This document shows, in pieces, positions 10,330 to 21,080 of a stretch of DNA of 64,000 nt. The notes below the pieces were generated by a model. That model was given only the letters and a program-made list of their open reading frames with translations, searched no databases and was not told where the DNA came from. The stretch lies in the NCBI GenBank assembly GCA_965221955.1, contig CBDCTA010000028.1:96001-160000 (forward strand). The letters run 5' to 3'. The first letter of the stretch is position 1; every line of letters starts with the position of its first letter. The translations under genes and the position numbers were made by a program. Source of the stretch: Gammaproteobacteria bacterium. Its GTDB lineage: Bacteria; Pseudomonadota; Gammaproteobacteria; UBA4575.

Positions 10330-11070
10330 ATGAAAAAATCTCGGCAAATCCTATTCATCTTTGTATTAGTTTGCCTAATACAAACTGTTCAAAGCCAAGA
10401 AATTAAGTTCTCAAGTGGAAAAAAACAAGTAGCGTTAATTGAACTCTATACTTCACAAGGGTGCAGTAGTTGCCCTCCTGCCGACGAATGGCTAAGTGAT
10501 CTTAAAAATGAGCCTGGCTTATGGGAAGAGTTTGTACCCGTTGCATTTCACGTCGACTATTGGGATTATCTTGGCTGGAAAGATAGCTTTTCTAATGAGA
10601 AGTTTTCCAATCGACAGCGACTTCACAGAGCACAAGGTAATGTAAAAGTCGTTTACACGCCAGGTTTTTTTCTTAATGGAAAAGAATGGAGAACTCGCTT
10701 TGGTCGCAATACTCCTTCGCTAGGCGATAGTAGAGGTACCCTTGAAGCAACACTCAACGGTAGCACCTTAAAAGTTATCTATAACACCACTAACAAACAT
10801 GACTCTATAACATTGAATGTAGGCGTCTTAGGTTTTGGCTATCAGACCCCAATTAATGCAGGTGAAAATTCGAATCGAGTATTGCATGAGGACTTTGTCT
10901 TACTATCGCATTCAAAACACGTAAGTTCCAATCAAGCATGGAAAGTTTCTATGCCTGAAAAAGCTATTCCAAATGCGGATAAATATGGCCTGGCCATATG
11001 GGTAAGCAATGGAGCAGACTTAAAACCATTACAAACTACTGGTGGATGGTTACCAGATAATTATTATTAA
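10330..11070 (+). CDS. DUF1223 thioredoxin-like secreted protein
   Basis: ELYTSQGCSSCPPAD, FHVDYWDYLGWKD, YTP, GEN. Confidence 0.9.
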   Translation: MKKSRQILFIFVLVCLIQTVQSQEIKFSSGKKQVALIELYTSQGCSSCPPADEWLSDLKNEPGLWEEFVPVAFHVDYWDYLGWKDSFSNEKFSNRQRLHRAQGNVKVVYTPGFFLNGKEWRTRFGRNTPSLGDSRGTLEATLNGSTLKVIYNTTNKHDSITLNVGVLGFGYQTPINAGENSNRVLHEDFVLLSHSKHVSSNQAWKVSMPEKAIPNADKYGLAIWVSNGADLKPLQTTGGWLPDNYY

Positions 11071-11079
11071 TTAATATAT

Positions 11080-11304
11080 TTAGTAATGCGGCGGCTTTTC
11101 ATCACCCGCTATGCTATCAGGTAAATTTGCATGCACTTCTTTGAGTTGCTGTTTCAATATTTCACACAGATTAGTTAATTGATCAATTTGGTTTTGTTGA
11201 CTAATTACATGTTTATTAAACTCTTGAATTAAGTCTTCTTGATAAGATATTTTAGTTTCTAACTCAATTATTCGCTCTTCGAAATTTTCACTTTTCATAA
11301 TCAA
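11080..11304 (-). CDS. slyX: SlyX family protein
   Basis: RIIELETKISYQE ... EKPPHY C-terminus. Confidence 0.9.
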   Translation of the reverse strand: MIMKSENFEERIIELETKISYQEDLIQEFNKHVISQQNQIDQLTNLCEILKQQLKEVHANLPDSIAGDEKPPHY

Positions 11305-12314
11305 TATCCAAAAACGCTTAATGGCGGCTCATTTATCTCGCCTAATTGCTCACGCAAGTCTAGAATATGTTGTTCCCAATATTGCGTAGTATTAAACCAA
11401 GGAAAGGCACGCGGAAAGGCTGGATCATCCCAACGCTTGGCTAACCACGCACTGAAATACATGATGCGCAAGGTTCTCAGCGACTCAATATATTTGAGTT
11501 GTTGTAATGGAAATTCTGCAAATTCATTATAACCTTCTATAATTTCGTTTAACTGTGCAGTTTGTCTTGCACGATCACCAGATAACAACATCCACACATC
11601 TTGAATTGCTGGCGCCATTCTTGAGTCGTCAAAATCAATAAAATGTGGCGCTTCATCACGCCATAAAATATTCCCCACATGACAGTCTCCATGTACACGA
11701 ATATATTCTGCATCCTCACCGTCAATATAGATGGTATCTATGACTTTTAATAGCTCACTTACCACAGCTTGATAAGAAGCACGAATATGCCCAGGCATGA
11801 ATTCTTTTTCAATTAAGGCTGCACTTTCGTGCCCGTAATGCTTACATGTGATTGTGGGGCGATGCTGAAACTTTTGCGTTGCCGCAATCGCATGCATACG
11901 ACCTAAGAACCGCCCCAAAATAAATAGATTATCTAAATTATCCAACTCAGGTGCGTGACCACCTTTTCTTGGATACAACGCTAAGCGAAAATCACCAAAT
12001 TGAAATAAGGTATCACCATTGATTTTCAAGGGCGGAACTACAGGTAGTTCTTGTTCAACTAATTCAGCACAAAACTGGTGTTCTTCGAGAATTTGCACAT
12101 CACTCCAACGACCCGGGCGGTAAAATTTTGCTATGATAGGTTCGCTATCTTCTATACCAACTTGGTAAACGCGATTTTCGTAGCTATTCAGTGCAAGTAT
12201 TCTCCCATCACTCACATAACCTTGATGATCAACTGCATTTAAAACGAAGCTTGGATTGAGAGCGTCAAATGGATGTTCACAAGTTTCAATCTCTGAATCG
12301 TTTGAGGTATCCAT
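11301..12314 (-). CDS. srkA: Stress response kinase SrkA/RdoA (YihE)
   Basis: LNSYENRVY, KFYRPGRW, HGDCHVGN, DFDD, DPAFPRAFPWF. Confidence 0.92.
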   Translation of the reverse strand: MDTSNDSEIETCEHPFDALNPSFVLNAVDHQGYVSDGRILALNSYENRVYQVGIEDSEPIIAKFYRPGRWSDVQILEEHQFCAELVEQELPVVPPLKINGDTLFQFGDFRLALYPRKGGHAPELDNLDNLFILGRFLGRMHAIAATQKFQHRPTITCKHYGHESAALIEKEFMPGHIRASYQAVVSELLKVIDTIYIDGEDAEYIRVHGDCHVGNILWRDEAPHFIDFDDSRMAPAIQDVWMLLSGDRARQTAQLNEIIEGYNEFAEFPLQQLKYIESLRTLRIMYFSAWLAKRWDDPAFPRAFPWFNTTQYWEQHILDLREQLGEINEPPLSVFGY

Positions 12315-12372
12315 CGCGTTACGTTAGCTGATTATGGCAATACACGCTAACTTAATTAATCCAATAACTCTC

Positions 12373-12747
12373 TTAAGCCAATAAATCATGAAGATATGCT
12401 TGAATATCTTTATCCCCTGCCCGCCATTTTTTAACCACTTCTTTTCCTGCTTGCATACAATCTTGTCCAAATTCTCTTTTAGTAAATTCATCACGAGTAC
12501 GGTCAACAATCGTATGCGCCTGCTCGGCACGCAAACCGCCACCCATTAGATAGCGCAAATATATGTCATCTTCGTGGACCTCATGGTCAGTAGACAATTC
12601 TATAATTAAGCTGTAAGTAAACACTGAAATCATTTTGCGCACATCACGGACTTTTTCTTCACTAGGAATGGGCAAATCCTTTGTAGCAACCTGCAAAATA
12701 TCATGCGTCTGACTACAAAGCTCTTCTAAAATATGAATCTCAGCCAT
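12373..12747 (-). CDS. Hypothetical protein between rapA and srkA
   Basis: 124-aa ORF, same strand, starts 6 bp after the rapA stop. Confidence 0.65.
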   Translation of the reverse strand: MAEIHILEELCSQTHDILQVATKDLPIPSEEKVRDVRKMISVFTYSLIIELSTDHEVHEDDIYLRYLMGGGLRAEQAHTIVDRTRDEFTKREFGQDCMQAGKEVVKKWRAGDKDIQAYLHDLLA

Positions 12748-12753
12748 CGCTTA

Positions 12754-15645
12754 CTAACGGCGCGATACCGCAACGCGTATTGCGTCTAACTTCAATTGTG
12801 CATGTTGCATATATTCTTCTACTTGTACTTTAGTTGCTTCTAGGTAATCAATTTCTTCTTGGCGAATATTAGGATTTACTTTAGATAATGAAATTAACCG
12901 CTGTAATTCTGAATCTTGTTTTGCCAGCATAGCTTGAGATGCTTGTGTGATAATATCTGCCATTTCGGCTTCTGCCATTGTAGTTGCATGTTCTATTAAT
13001 TCGCTAATTTGTTGACGTGCATGTCGAATAATATTTTGCCCAATATTTTTCTTTACGCGCTCAGCCAAACGATCTACATGCTCCGTTGTGAGCACTTTAC
13101 CTAAATCATTATGGCTTTGATCAATCAAGATACGAATAACAGCTTGAGGAAAATAGTTGTCGATTCGTAACACTTGTGGAGCGGCACATTGAATAGTAAA
13201 AACACATTCAAGCAAAATCGTACTGGGCTTTAATGATTGCAACTTGAGAGTGCATAGAGTCGCATTGCCAAAATCACTGGAAAGAATCATATCCATGCTT
13301 CCCATCACCATAGGGTGTTCCCAAGTATGGAATTGCATATCTTCCCGCACCAATGCTTTACCTCGATCATAAGTTGCCGTTAGACCATCCTCAGGCAAAC
13401 CCGGAAAACTATGGCCATGCATATGATCACCTGGTTGTAACACTACACTGTGCAAACTATGATATTGTTGTTCAACGCCAAATTGGTCACACACACGTTC
13501 CATATAATCTGCCAACTCTAATTGGTCCGTTGCATTCAATATATCTTCAACTACTTCTGCAGCCTGCTCTGGATTACAAGAGTTTAACTCTAACAAACGA
13601 TCCCTACCTTTCTGTAAAGTTTGTTGCATCTCTTTAGCTTTGGCTTTTGTCTCATCTATCAACTGCTCAAAGAGTTGATCACTCTTTTGTCCTAATAAAC
13701 ACTCTTGTAAACGTTCTGCATAAATTTGATAAATAGCTTGCCCAATTGAACATACTTGACGAAATGCATTCAGACCCTCATCGTACCAACGCAATAATTT
13801 TTCTTGAGCACTGTTTTGATAATAGGGAACATGGATTTGTACTGTATGCATTTGTCCAATTCGATCTAAACGCCCAATGCGTTGCTCAAGCAAGTCTGCA
13901 TTAATGGGTAAATCAAATAAAACCAAATGATGTGCAAACTGAAAGTTACGCCCTTCACTACCAATCTCAGAACAAATGAGTACTTGAGCACCCTCTTCCA
14001 TATCTGAGAAATATGCCGCTGCACGATCTCTGGCAATTAAATCTAAATTTTCATGAAATACCGCTGAACGAATCGCATAGTGCTGTTGTAAATAGCTCTC
14101 TAACTCACTTGCAGTACTTCCTCGCGCGCAAATTACTAGCACTTTCTTATCACGATTTTCTAACAACCACCTAGCTAACCACGATACTCGTGTGTCTAAC
14201 TCCAACCAATCAACGCCTAATTGAGTTTCAGTCTGCAAACAAGAGGTCAATACCTCATCACCTTTCTCTTGAAGATTTTTATTAGGAATGATTTCAATGA
14301 TTCTTTCAGGTTGTTCAAGAGCATGTTTATGCAATTCACGTTGTGGAAAACCTTCCACCGCATCACGTGTGTTACGAAATAGCACACGTCCTGTTCCATG
14401 ACGATCTAAAATCGTTTGAATCATTTCATCGATAATTTGTTTTACACCCCCTTTACTTTGTAATGCAGACTTAAAATTGTTTGCAGCTACATCACCTAAA
14501 AATACAGCTATTTCATCTATCAAACCTGTTTTTAACAGCATCTCTTCAGAATTTTCAGTAGCTAATATCTTTTGTACTAACTCATTTACAGGTTTATAGC
14601 TTTTCTCTTCTTCTCGATATTTGTCTAAATCATAGTAGCGGTCAGGATCTAATAACCGTAATCGAGCAAAATGTCCGTCTATACCTAATTGCTCAGGCGT
14701 TGCAGTTAATAGTAATAATCCCACAACGTTACGCGCCAAGGTTTCAATACATCGATATGCATCGCTTACATGGTCTTTTGACCAAGTGAGATGATGTGCT
14801 TCATCAACAACCAATAAATCCCATTCAACAGAAAGTGACTGTTCAAAACGTTCAGCGTTTTCAGTTATAAATGAAAGTGCACATAACACACATTGCGCGG
14901 ACTCAAATGGATTTCCATGTTCAGCTTCCTCAAGTGCTTGGCAACGCTCTTCATCGAGGATCGTAAATTGCAAATTGAAACGCCGCGACATTTCCACCAG
15001 CCATTGATGTACCAAACTATCTGGAACAACAATCAGTACTCTACTTGCTGCGCCGGTAATCAATTGCTGATGTAAAATTAATCCCGCTTCGATAGTTTTC
15101 CCCAAACCCACTTCATCTGCTAATAACACTCTTGGTGCATATCGTTTAGCAACTTGTGAAGCAATATAGAGCTGATGCGGAAGCAATTGAACACGCGGGC
15201 CAAGTAATCCATAACATGGGGATTTTTGTAGACGATGCTGATGATGTATTGTTTCAACCCGTAGCGCAAAGTTTTTAATTTTATCGATTTGCCCTGCAAA
15301 TAACCGATCTTGAGGTCGGCTGAATTGAACAAAACTTTCTAGATCAATTTCTTCAATACTATGTTGGTTCCCACATTCGTCGGAACCTTGATAAATTAAA
15401 TAGCCACCTTGCTCTACAACCTCTGTAACAGTAAGACTGACACCGTCAGCGTTACTGATTTTCTCTCCCACTGTATAGTGAATGCGGCTAAGTGGAGCAT
15501 TATCTAAAGCATAGGTTCTACGTTCACCTACTGCTGGAAAACTGACTGTTACACGCCGATTGGCAGTATCCATAACAATACCTAGACCAAGCTCTGACTC
15601 CGTATTACTAACCCAACGTTGCCCAGGTACAAATTGAATATCCAT
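12754..15645 (-). CDS. rapA: RNA polymerase-associated SNF2 ATPase RapA
   Basis: GQRWVSNTESELGLG start, LADEVGLGKT, DEAHH, SEGRNFQF, EQRIGRLDRIGQ. Confidence 0.96.
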   Translation of the reverse strand: MDIQFVPGQRWVSNTESELGLGIVMDTANRRVTVSFPAVGERRTYALDNAPLSRIHYTVGEKISNADGVSLTVTEVVEQGGYLIYQGSDECGNQHSIEEIDLESFVQFSRPQDRLFAGQIDKIKNFALRVETIHHQHRLQKSPCYGLLGPRVQLLPHQLYIASQVAKRYAPRVLLADEVGLGKTIEAGLILHQQLITGAASRVLIVVPDSLVHQWLVEMSRRFNLQFTILDEERCQALEEAEHGNPFESAQCVLCALSFITENAERFEQSLSVEWDLLVVDEAHHLTWSKDHVSDAYRCIETLARNVVGLLLLTATPEQLGIDGHFARLRLLDPDRYYDLDKYREEEKSYKPVNELVQKILATENSEEMLLKTGLIDEIAVFLGDVAANNFKSALQSKGGVKQIIDEMIQTILDRHGTGRVLFRNTRDAVEGFPQRELHKHALEQPERIIEIIPNKNLQEKGDEVLTSCLQTETQLGVDWLELDTRVSWLARWLLENRDKKVLVICARGSTASELESYLQQHYAIRSAVFHENLDLIARDRAAAYFSDMEEGAQVLICSEIGSEGRNFQFAHHLVLFDLPINADLLEQRIGRLDRIGQMHTVQIHVPYYQNSAQEKLLRWYDEGLNAFRQVCSIGQAIYQIYAERLQECLLGQKSDQLFEQLIDETKAKAKEMQQTLQKGRDRLLELNSCNPEQAAEVVEDILNATDQLELADYMERVCDQFGVEQQYHSLHSVVLQPGDHMHGHSFPGLPEDGLTATYDRGKALVREDMQFHTWEHPMVMGSMDMILSSDFGNATLCTLKLQSLKPSTILLECVFTIQCAAPQVLRIDNYFPQAVIRILIDQSHNDLGKVLTTEHVDRLAERVKKNIGQNIIRHARQQISELIEHATTMAEAEMADIITQASQAMLAKQDSELQRLISLSKVNPNIRQEEIDYLEATKVQVEEYMQHAQLKLDAIRVAVSRR

Positions 15646-15837
15646 CTTTGCCTTAGAAAGTATTAATTTCTGACTAAAAAACCAAACAAATTAAACAGCT
15701 TGAGCGCGCGCCTCAAACTGTAATCTAATATTATTTAAACAGGTTTGGAAATAGAAAAATGTATTACTATCGAGTAATAGCTTCTAAGGAAATATAAATC
15801 TAGAACGTTAAAAACGCTTTATTTTATAATCAAGCAA

Positions 15838-16002
15838 TTAGCTTGAAATTGCTTTATAAAATTGCTCTTCAGAGATTTCTTTACGATCAAAATAAAGTCG
15901 AAATAACTGCTTAGAACGTTGATCATTATTAACAATTTTCTTTAGAAAATTACGCATTAATATTGATCTATCTTCAGCCTCTAGAGGTATAGCACTTGAC
16001 AT
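15838..16002 (-). CDS. Small hypothetical protein, 54 aa (below ORF-track cutoff)
   Basis: GGAG RBS then MSSAIPLEAEDRSILMRNFLKKIVNNDQRSKQLFRLYFDRKEISEEQFYKAISS*. Confidence 0.5.
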   Translation of the reverse strand: MSSAIPLEAEDRSILMRNFLKKIVNNDQRSKQLFRLYFDRKEISEEQFYKAISS

Positions 16003-16102
16003 AACTCAAACTCCATTTGAGCATATGAGAGAAGATTTTAAATTACCCTATATCACTTTATATTGAAGCCCTTGCAGGGGCTAAATGACAAGATTTACCG
16101 AC

Positions 16103-16129
16103 AAAAAAGCGGCCGGAGACCTAGCCGCT
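16103..16129 (-). terminator. Intrinsic terminator after Cys-repeat gene
   Basis: Minus strand AGCGGC-taggtctccg-GCCGCT-TTTTT. Confidence 0.7.
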
Positions 16130-16165
16130 GATACCAAAAGACAGGTCTAATTATGGATTACAAGA

Positions 16166-16936
16166 TTAGTTATAATTGCAGAAAACCGCTTTAGGGAATT
16201 TTTGGCAATAACGCTGCGTAAACGTTCTACATTCATTAGTATCGGGATTCTTTTTACAGTTTGCAGCAATTTTTGCTTTTTTACATTTATACGCATTTGG
16301 AAAAATACCACAAAATCGATCAAACTTTTCTAATTCACTCTTGCAGTCTATTGATTGAGGGTCTTTTCTACACAAGCTTAAATATTTTGACAGTAAGCAC
16401 TCCCTTGCATAGGGGTTCTGCTGACAAAAAACGGGCCCTGACACCGCGTTGGCAGCAGTACCTGTTTGTGTAATTTGTACATCGGGTGCTTCAATCACTA
16501 CTATTTCACTCTCATCCGGTTCAAGTTCAATAACCTCAAAATCCTCTTGCACCTCGGCATGCTCACTTCGTGCAGGTGTCTCATTATTTGTGGCTACTCT
16601 ATCGTTGATACTATTATCAGAGCGTGCTTCTGTAGATGCATGTGTCGTTTGCTCAGCCGGCACCACTTCATATAACTCACTGCCATCAGCCGTCTCTACT
16701 CTTCGATACTTAACCGTTTGAGGTTGGAGCACTTCATGACTTTGACCATTCTCATCGATGACAACCTCCACAGGTTGACCAATAATCGTGTCTGAATTTG
16801 AGATTTGTGTACTACTTGTACCTGGTAAATCCTCTAAATAGGCATCCAAAAGTTCTGCTTCTTCAGCAAACGCCCACGTTGATAATACGAACAAAAAGGA
16901 ACACAGAAACACGTATACGTTTTTCATATAAACCAC
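16166..16936 (-). CDS. Secreted protein with acidic linker and five C-x3-P-x4-C repeats
   Basis: Signal peptide (..TWAFA|EE), acidic low-complexity middle, Cys-rich C-terminus. Confidence 0.75.
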   Translation of the reverse strand: MVYMKNVYVFLCSFLFVLSTWAFAEEAELLDAYLEDLPGTSSTQISNSDTIIGQPVEVVIDENGQSHEVLQPQTVKYRRVETADGSELYEVVPAEQTTHASTEARSDNSINDRVATNNETPARSEHAEVQEDFEVIELEPDESEIVVIEAPDVQITQTGTAANAVSGPVFCQQNPYARECLLSKYLSLCRKDPQSIDCKSELEKFDRFCGIFPNAYKCKKAKIAANCKKNPDTNECRTFTQRYCQKFPKAVFCNYN

Positions 16937-17113
16937 CTGCCTGGAATGATAAATACCTTACTTATTGTACCCTTATTTATAGAATTTCATCAAATACTAC
17001 ATATCTATTGCTATAAATTTTTGAAGCCGAGTATTTAATAAGACTACACCCATTGAAAAGGTTCATAATAAGCAAATCGCCTATCCACTATATTAAAAAT
17101 ATGGAGTTTAAAT

Positions 17114-17635
17114 ATGAATAAATATTTAATAGTTTTTTGGGCGGCACTCATCATGCCTTGGTCAATTACTTTTTCTGAGGAACCCAAACACCAAGCACAG
17201 CCCGCGCCCATGGCACTTAAGCACTTTATTGCGCTTGAAGGTGAATGGTTAGGCACACATATCAATCACGAAGGTGAAGAAGAAAAAGTCAATTTGATTT
17301 ATCGCACTGTGTCTGGTGGTACTGCAGTAGAAGAAAGAATATTTGCAAACACACCAAAAGAAATGGTCACCATGTATCACGGTGATCAAGATGGATTACT
17401 CATGACCCACTACTGCATGCTTGGTAATCAACCTCGATTAAAGCTTGAAAATACACACGAAAACACTTTTAAATTTACTTATCTTGATGGAGTTGGCATA
17501 GACAAGGAAACCACTGGGCATATGGGAAGCATGAAAATGACCATTCTTGATGAAAATACTTTTGAACAAGAATGGGCATATTACGAAAATGGTGAAAAAC
17601 AAAACTCCGCAACATTCACTTTCACAAGAAAGTAA
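17114..17635 (+). CDS. Secreted beta-barrel-like hypothetical protein
   Basis: Signal peptide, LEGEW.G, EMVTMYH, MTHYC..GNQPRL; GGAG RBS. Confidence 0.7.
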   Translation: MNKYLIVFWAALIMPWSITFSEEPKHQAQPAPMALKHFIALEGEWLGTHINHEGEEEKVNLIYRTVSGGTAVEERIFANTPKEMVTMYHGDQDGLLMTHYCMLGNQPRLKLENTHENTFKFTYLDGVGIDKETTGHMGSMKMTILDENTFEQEWAYYENGEKQNSATFTFTRK

Positions 17636-17659
17636 AAATTTTTCTAATGATCTATCGTT

Positions 17660-18127
17660 TTAGTGCAATAACGAAAATCTTGCGATCTTAGGCTCCACTA
17701 AACTCATATAGTCCTGATAAGAAATTTTAACGAGCTCAGTATGCGAACCCGCATTAAATGCAATTTCTTTATCATTTAGCAAGCATTCCTCTACATAAAC
17801 ATCCATTTGATACAAATTACCAAAGGGTGGCATCGCACCTGTATCACAACCAGGGAAAAAACCTCTAAAATCATCCTCTGAGGCAAGCTCTACTTTTTTA
17901 GCTCCAGTTACCTGCTTCAAAAGTCCCAGATGAACCCTGTATTGTGCAGGTAATACAGTCATTACCATTTTATCGTCGACTTTAACAATTACTGTTTTTG
18001 CGAATTCAAGCCCAGGAATATGTGCCGACGCCGCAGTTTCTTGTGCCGTATAAGTCGTAGGATGTGGGATGGTAATGTAGTGGATATGCTTATTACATAG
18101 CAGATCAGTAAGTCTAGTTACCGGCAT
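17660..18127 (-). CDS. YbaK/aminoacyl-tRNA deacylase family
   Basis: AKTV, LASE, GAMPPFG, FNAGSHTE. Confidence 0.9.
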   Translation of the reverse strand: MPVTRLTDLLCNKHIHYITIPHPTTYTAQETAASAHIPGLEFAKTVIVKVDDKMVMTVLPAQYRVHLGLLKQVTGAKKVELASEDDFRGFFPGCDTGAMPPFGNLYQMDVYVEECLLNDKEIAFNAGSHTELVKISYQDYMSLVEPKIARFSLLH

Positions 18128-18165
18128 AATTACCTCCTCATGTTATTATCCAAATTAGCTTTAAT

Positions 18166-18483
18166 TTATGCTTCGTGCAAATGTCTTACTTTATCTATAG
18201 ATTCAACATCTACTACATTAAAGGAACAGGTGCCTTTATTCTTTAATAAATTTGTATCACATCGAAGCTCAATAAACCCATCTTCTAGTAATCGATCATC
18301 CGTTTGAAAATACCAGCGGTAAGCAGAAAGTGTATGCGCTGTAAGGCCATTCTCTTCAGCAAACTTTTCAACAAATTCGTTGGCTTCTTTTTCGATATCG
18401 CGGACTGGATGTTCTAGAAAATGCTCGGTTTTAGCTTTGTACATTAAGCCAGAGCAGATATGTTTAATGTTATCAGTTTGCAT
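18166..18483 (-). CDS. Hypothetical protein
   Basis: 105-aa ORF with AGGAGG RBS. Confidence 0.65.
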   Translation of the reverse strand: MQTDNIKHICSGLMYKAKTEHFLEHPVRDIEKEANEFVEKFAEENGLTAHTLSAYRWYFQTDDRLLEDGFIELRCDTNLLKNKGTCSFNVVDVESIDKVRHLHEA

Positions 18484-18708
18484 GGCACGCCTCCTGATTG
18501 TTGTAGTTAATAATAAAAAGTATACGCCTTAGATACTAGCGAATACAGTATTGCTACAATCTAATTAATTAATGAGAAGTATTGAAATAATAGATAAATC
18601 TCCATGCTTACTTATAAATTTTCAACATGTTTTTTATAAATAATTTCATATGCCAAGCCGGTGAATATCGTAGTACATTAGAAGCAGTCTAAAGCGAGGG
18701 CTACTGTT

Positions 18709-18807
18709 ATGGATAAAGATGAATATAAGAAATACGATATGATCGCGCTCATAGTAGGCGTTGTGCTTGTATTATATGCACTTATTATGGCTTTCGTCTT
18801 TCCGTAA
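18709..18807 (+). CDS. 32-aa single-TM small protein (below ORF-track cutoff)
   Basis: GAGGG RBS; MDKDEYKKYDMIALIVGVVLVLYALIMAFVFP*. Confidence 0.55.
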   Translation: MDKDEYKKYDMIALIVGVVLVLYALIMAFVFP

Positions 18808-18842
18808 AAGCGTAAATAACCCACAACTAAAGCTAGTTCGTT

Positions 18843-19604
18843 TTATTGTTTTAAACGATATCCTGTCTTAAACATCCACCAGACGATAGTCAAACAAACG
18901 GATGCGAACAACAACACCATCAACAAACTGATTTCAATACTGACATCAGACACTTCATAAAAACTCCAACGAAATCCACTCACCAGATACACCACCGGAT
19001 TAAATAAACTTACGGTTTGCCATGCTGGTGGCAACATATCAATTGTATAAAAGCTTCCGCCTAGAAATACTAACGGCGTAATCACTAATAATGGAATCAG
19101 CTGGAGTTGTTCAAAACTTTCCGCCCATAATCCAATAATAAAACCGAGCAAGCTAAACGAAATACAAGTCAACACCAAGAAACTTAACATCCAAATTGGA
19201 TGAGCAATTCTTAGTTCCACGAAAAATCCTGCTGTAGCCAGGATAATCAACCCAATAATAAAAGATTTACTTGCCGCAGCCCCTACATAACCCAAGATAA
19301 TCTCTATAAACGATATAGGTGAAGATAAAACCTCGTACATCGTGCCCGTAAATCTAGGAAAATAGATACCAAATGAAGCGTTAGAGACACTTTGTGTAAG
19401 TAATGCCAGCATCATTAAACCTGGAACAATAAAGGCTCCATACGAAACACCTTCTATACTTTCTATGCGACCACCAATAGCAGAGCCAAACACTACAAAA
19501 TACAACACTGTAGAAATTACGGGTGACGCAAAGCTTTGCAACAATGTGTCCCATGCTCGCAACATTTCATATTTGTAAATGACTTTTACTGCTTGAACAT
19601 TCAT
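18843..19604 (-). CDS. ABC-2 transporter permease (YadH-like)
   Basis: FIVPGL, FLGGSFY...[13 protein letters not shown]. Confidence 0.88.
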   Translation of the reverse strand: MNVQAVKVIYKYEMLRAWDTLLQSFASPVISTVLYFVVFGSAIGGRIESIEGVSYGAFIVPGLMMLALLTQSVSNASFGIYFPRFTGTMYEVLSSPISFIEIILGYVGAAASKSFIIGLIILATAGFFVELRIAHPIWMLSFLVLTCISFSLLGFIIGLWAESFEQLQLIPLLVITPLVFLGGSFYTIDMLPPAWQTVSLFNPVVYLVSGFRWSFYEVSDVSIEISLLMVLLFASVCLTIVWWMFKTGYRLKQ

Positions 19605-20539
19605 GCGACATTCCCAGACGAAGAACTCACTAAATTAATGAAAATGTCTTCTAAAGAACTTTGTGAAGTATTCACATCTTTTAGCAACAATCCTGCTTTA
19701 TCAATAGCGCGCAATAATTCAGCAATACCAGTATGCTCACTATGACTATCATAGTTATAAGTAAGATGATTTCCTTCGGCAGATAGCTCTAATGACCATA
19801 AAGTTAGCGAAGTTGGTATAGATTCTATAGCATGCTCTAATTCAATCGTCATTTGGCGTTTGCCGAGCTTATGTTTTAGTGCCTCTTTCTCATCTATTAC
19901 AATCAACTCACCTTTATTGATCACTCCTACACGATCCGCTATTTCTTCCGCTTCTTCTATATAGTGAGTCGTTAAGATAATAGTTACACCAGATTGCCGA
20001 AGTTTTTCAACCAACTCCCACATATCTTTTCGTAACTCAACATCTACACCAGCTGTAGGTTCATCTAAAAATAGAATTTCTGGCTCATGCGACAAAGCCT
20101 TTGCGATCAACACTCGGCGCTTCATGCCGCCAGACAAGGTCAGAATGTCGTTATCTTTCTTATCCCATAAAGATAGATCTTTAAGCAATTGCTCAAGATA
20201 TGCTGGATCAGGTTTTTTACCAAATAAGCCACGACTAAAACAAATCGTATCCCAAACACTTACAAACATGCTTAAGGTTAATTCTTGTGGAACTAAACCA
20301 ATTTTACTGCGGGTAATTCGATATTCATCAATAATGTCGTGACCATCTACTTTCACGAATCCTTTTGTTGGATTTACAATTCCACAAATAATGGAGATAA
20401 GTGTAGTTTTGCCAGCACCATTTGGGCCAAGCAATGCAAGAATTTCGCCCGAACGAATATCCAAGCAGACATCGTTGAGCGCACGATGCCCACTTGAATA
20501 AACTTTGGATAAATTCGTTACAGAAATGACGGAACTCAT
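19601..20539 (-). CDS. ABC transporter ATP-binding protein (YadG-like)
   Basis: [26 protein letters not shown]. Confidence 0.92.
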   Translation of the reverse strand: MSSVISVTNLSKVYSSGHRALNDVCLDIRSGEILALLGPNGAGKTTLISIICGIVNPTKGFVKVDGHDIIDEYRITRSKIGLVPQELTLSMFVSVWDTICFSRGLFGKKPDPAYLEQLLKDLSLWDKKDNDILTLSGGMKRRVLIAKALSHEPEILFLDEPTAGVDVELRKDMWELVEKLRQSGVTIILTTHYIEEAEEIADRVGVINKGELIVIDEKEALKHKLGKRQMTIELEHAIESIPTSLTLWSLELSAEGNHLTYNYDSHSEHTGIAELLRAIDKAGLLLKDVNTSQSSLEDIFINLVSSSSGNVA

Positions 20540-20606
20540 GTTCCGTTTATAACACGTTATGACGCCATACTAAAAACTTCTCTAAATTAACCTTTGCTTT
20601 ACTAAT

Positions 20607-21035
20607 TTATGATGTAGCAGCTTTTATATTTTCTTGAATGATAGTAGCTATTTCTTTTGCGTCATATTTTGTAGTAATCCGTGCTAGTTTTTCACCTGTA
20701 TCAGCATTAAATAACAACATAAATCCTGTTTTGCCTGCATTGGCTTCATAGGCTTGACCCAAGCCAAGCACCGCAGCCATCATTTCTGCTTGGTGCTGAG
20801 TGGTTTCATTAGTTAGGTCCCAGCGAACAAATAAAATATCTTGTTGATCAAGTCCAGCCTCTTTTCTTGCTTGCGCAATTTTTGGGTCCAACGCTTTACA
20901 ACTTCCACACCAGTCTGCATACATGAGCACACCATATACGGCTGGTTTATTCCCAGCCTTAGACTGCTCTCCAAAAGAGATGAATGGTGCTGTTATAAGA
21001 GCGATGGATATGAGTAAAAAGGCAAGTTTTTTCAT
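20607..21035 (-). CDS. Periplasmic thioredoxin-like protein
   Basis: Signal peptide, YADWCGSC. Confidence 0.8.
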   Translation of the reverse strand: MKKLAFLLISIALITAPFISFGEQSKAGNKPAVYGVLMYADWCGSCKALDPKIAQARKEAGLDQQDILFVRWDLTNETTQHQAEMMAAVLGLGQAYEANAGKTGFMLLFNADTGEKLARITTKYDAKEIATIIQENIKAATS

Positions 21036-21080
21036 GTTTTCTCCAAATTTTTTATTTAAGCCTGAAGAGTAGACCGTAGA

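Noticed and set aside
8621-15645. NYN nuclease, kinase and SNF2 ATPase as an anti-phage defence system
   Set aside because: These are housekeeping RapA, SrkA and a LabA-like NYN protein, separated by unrelated genes.
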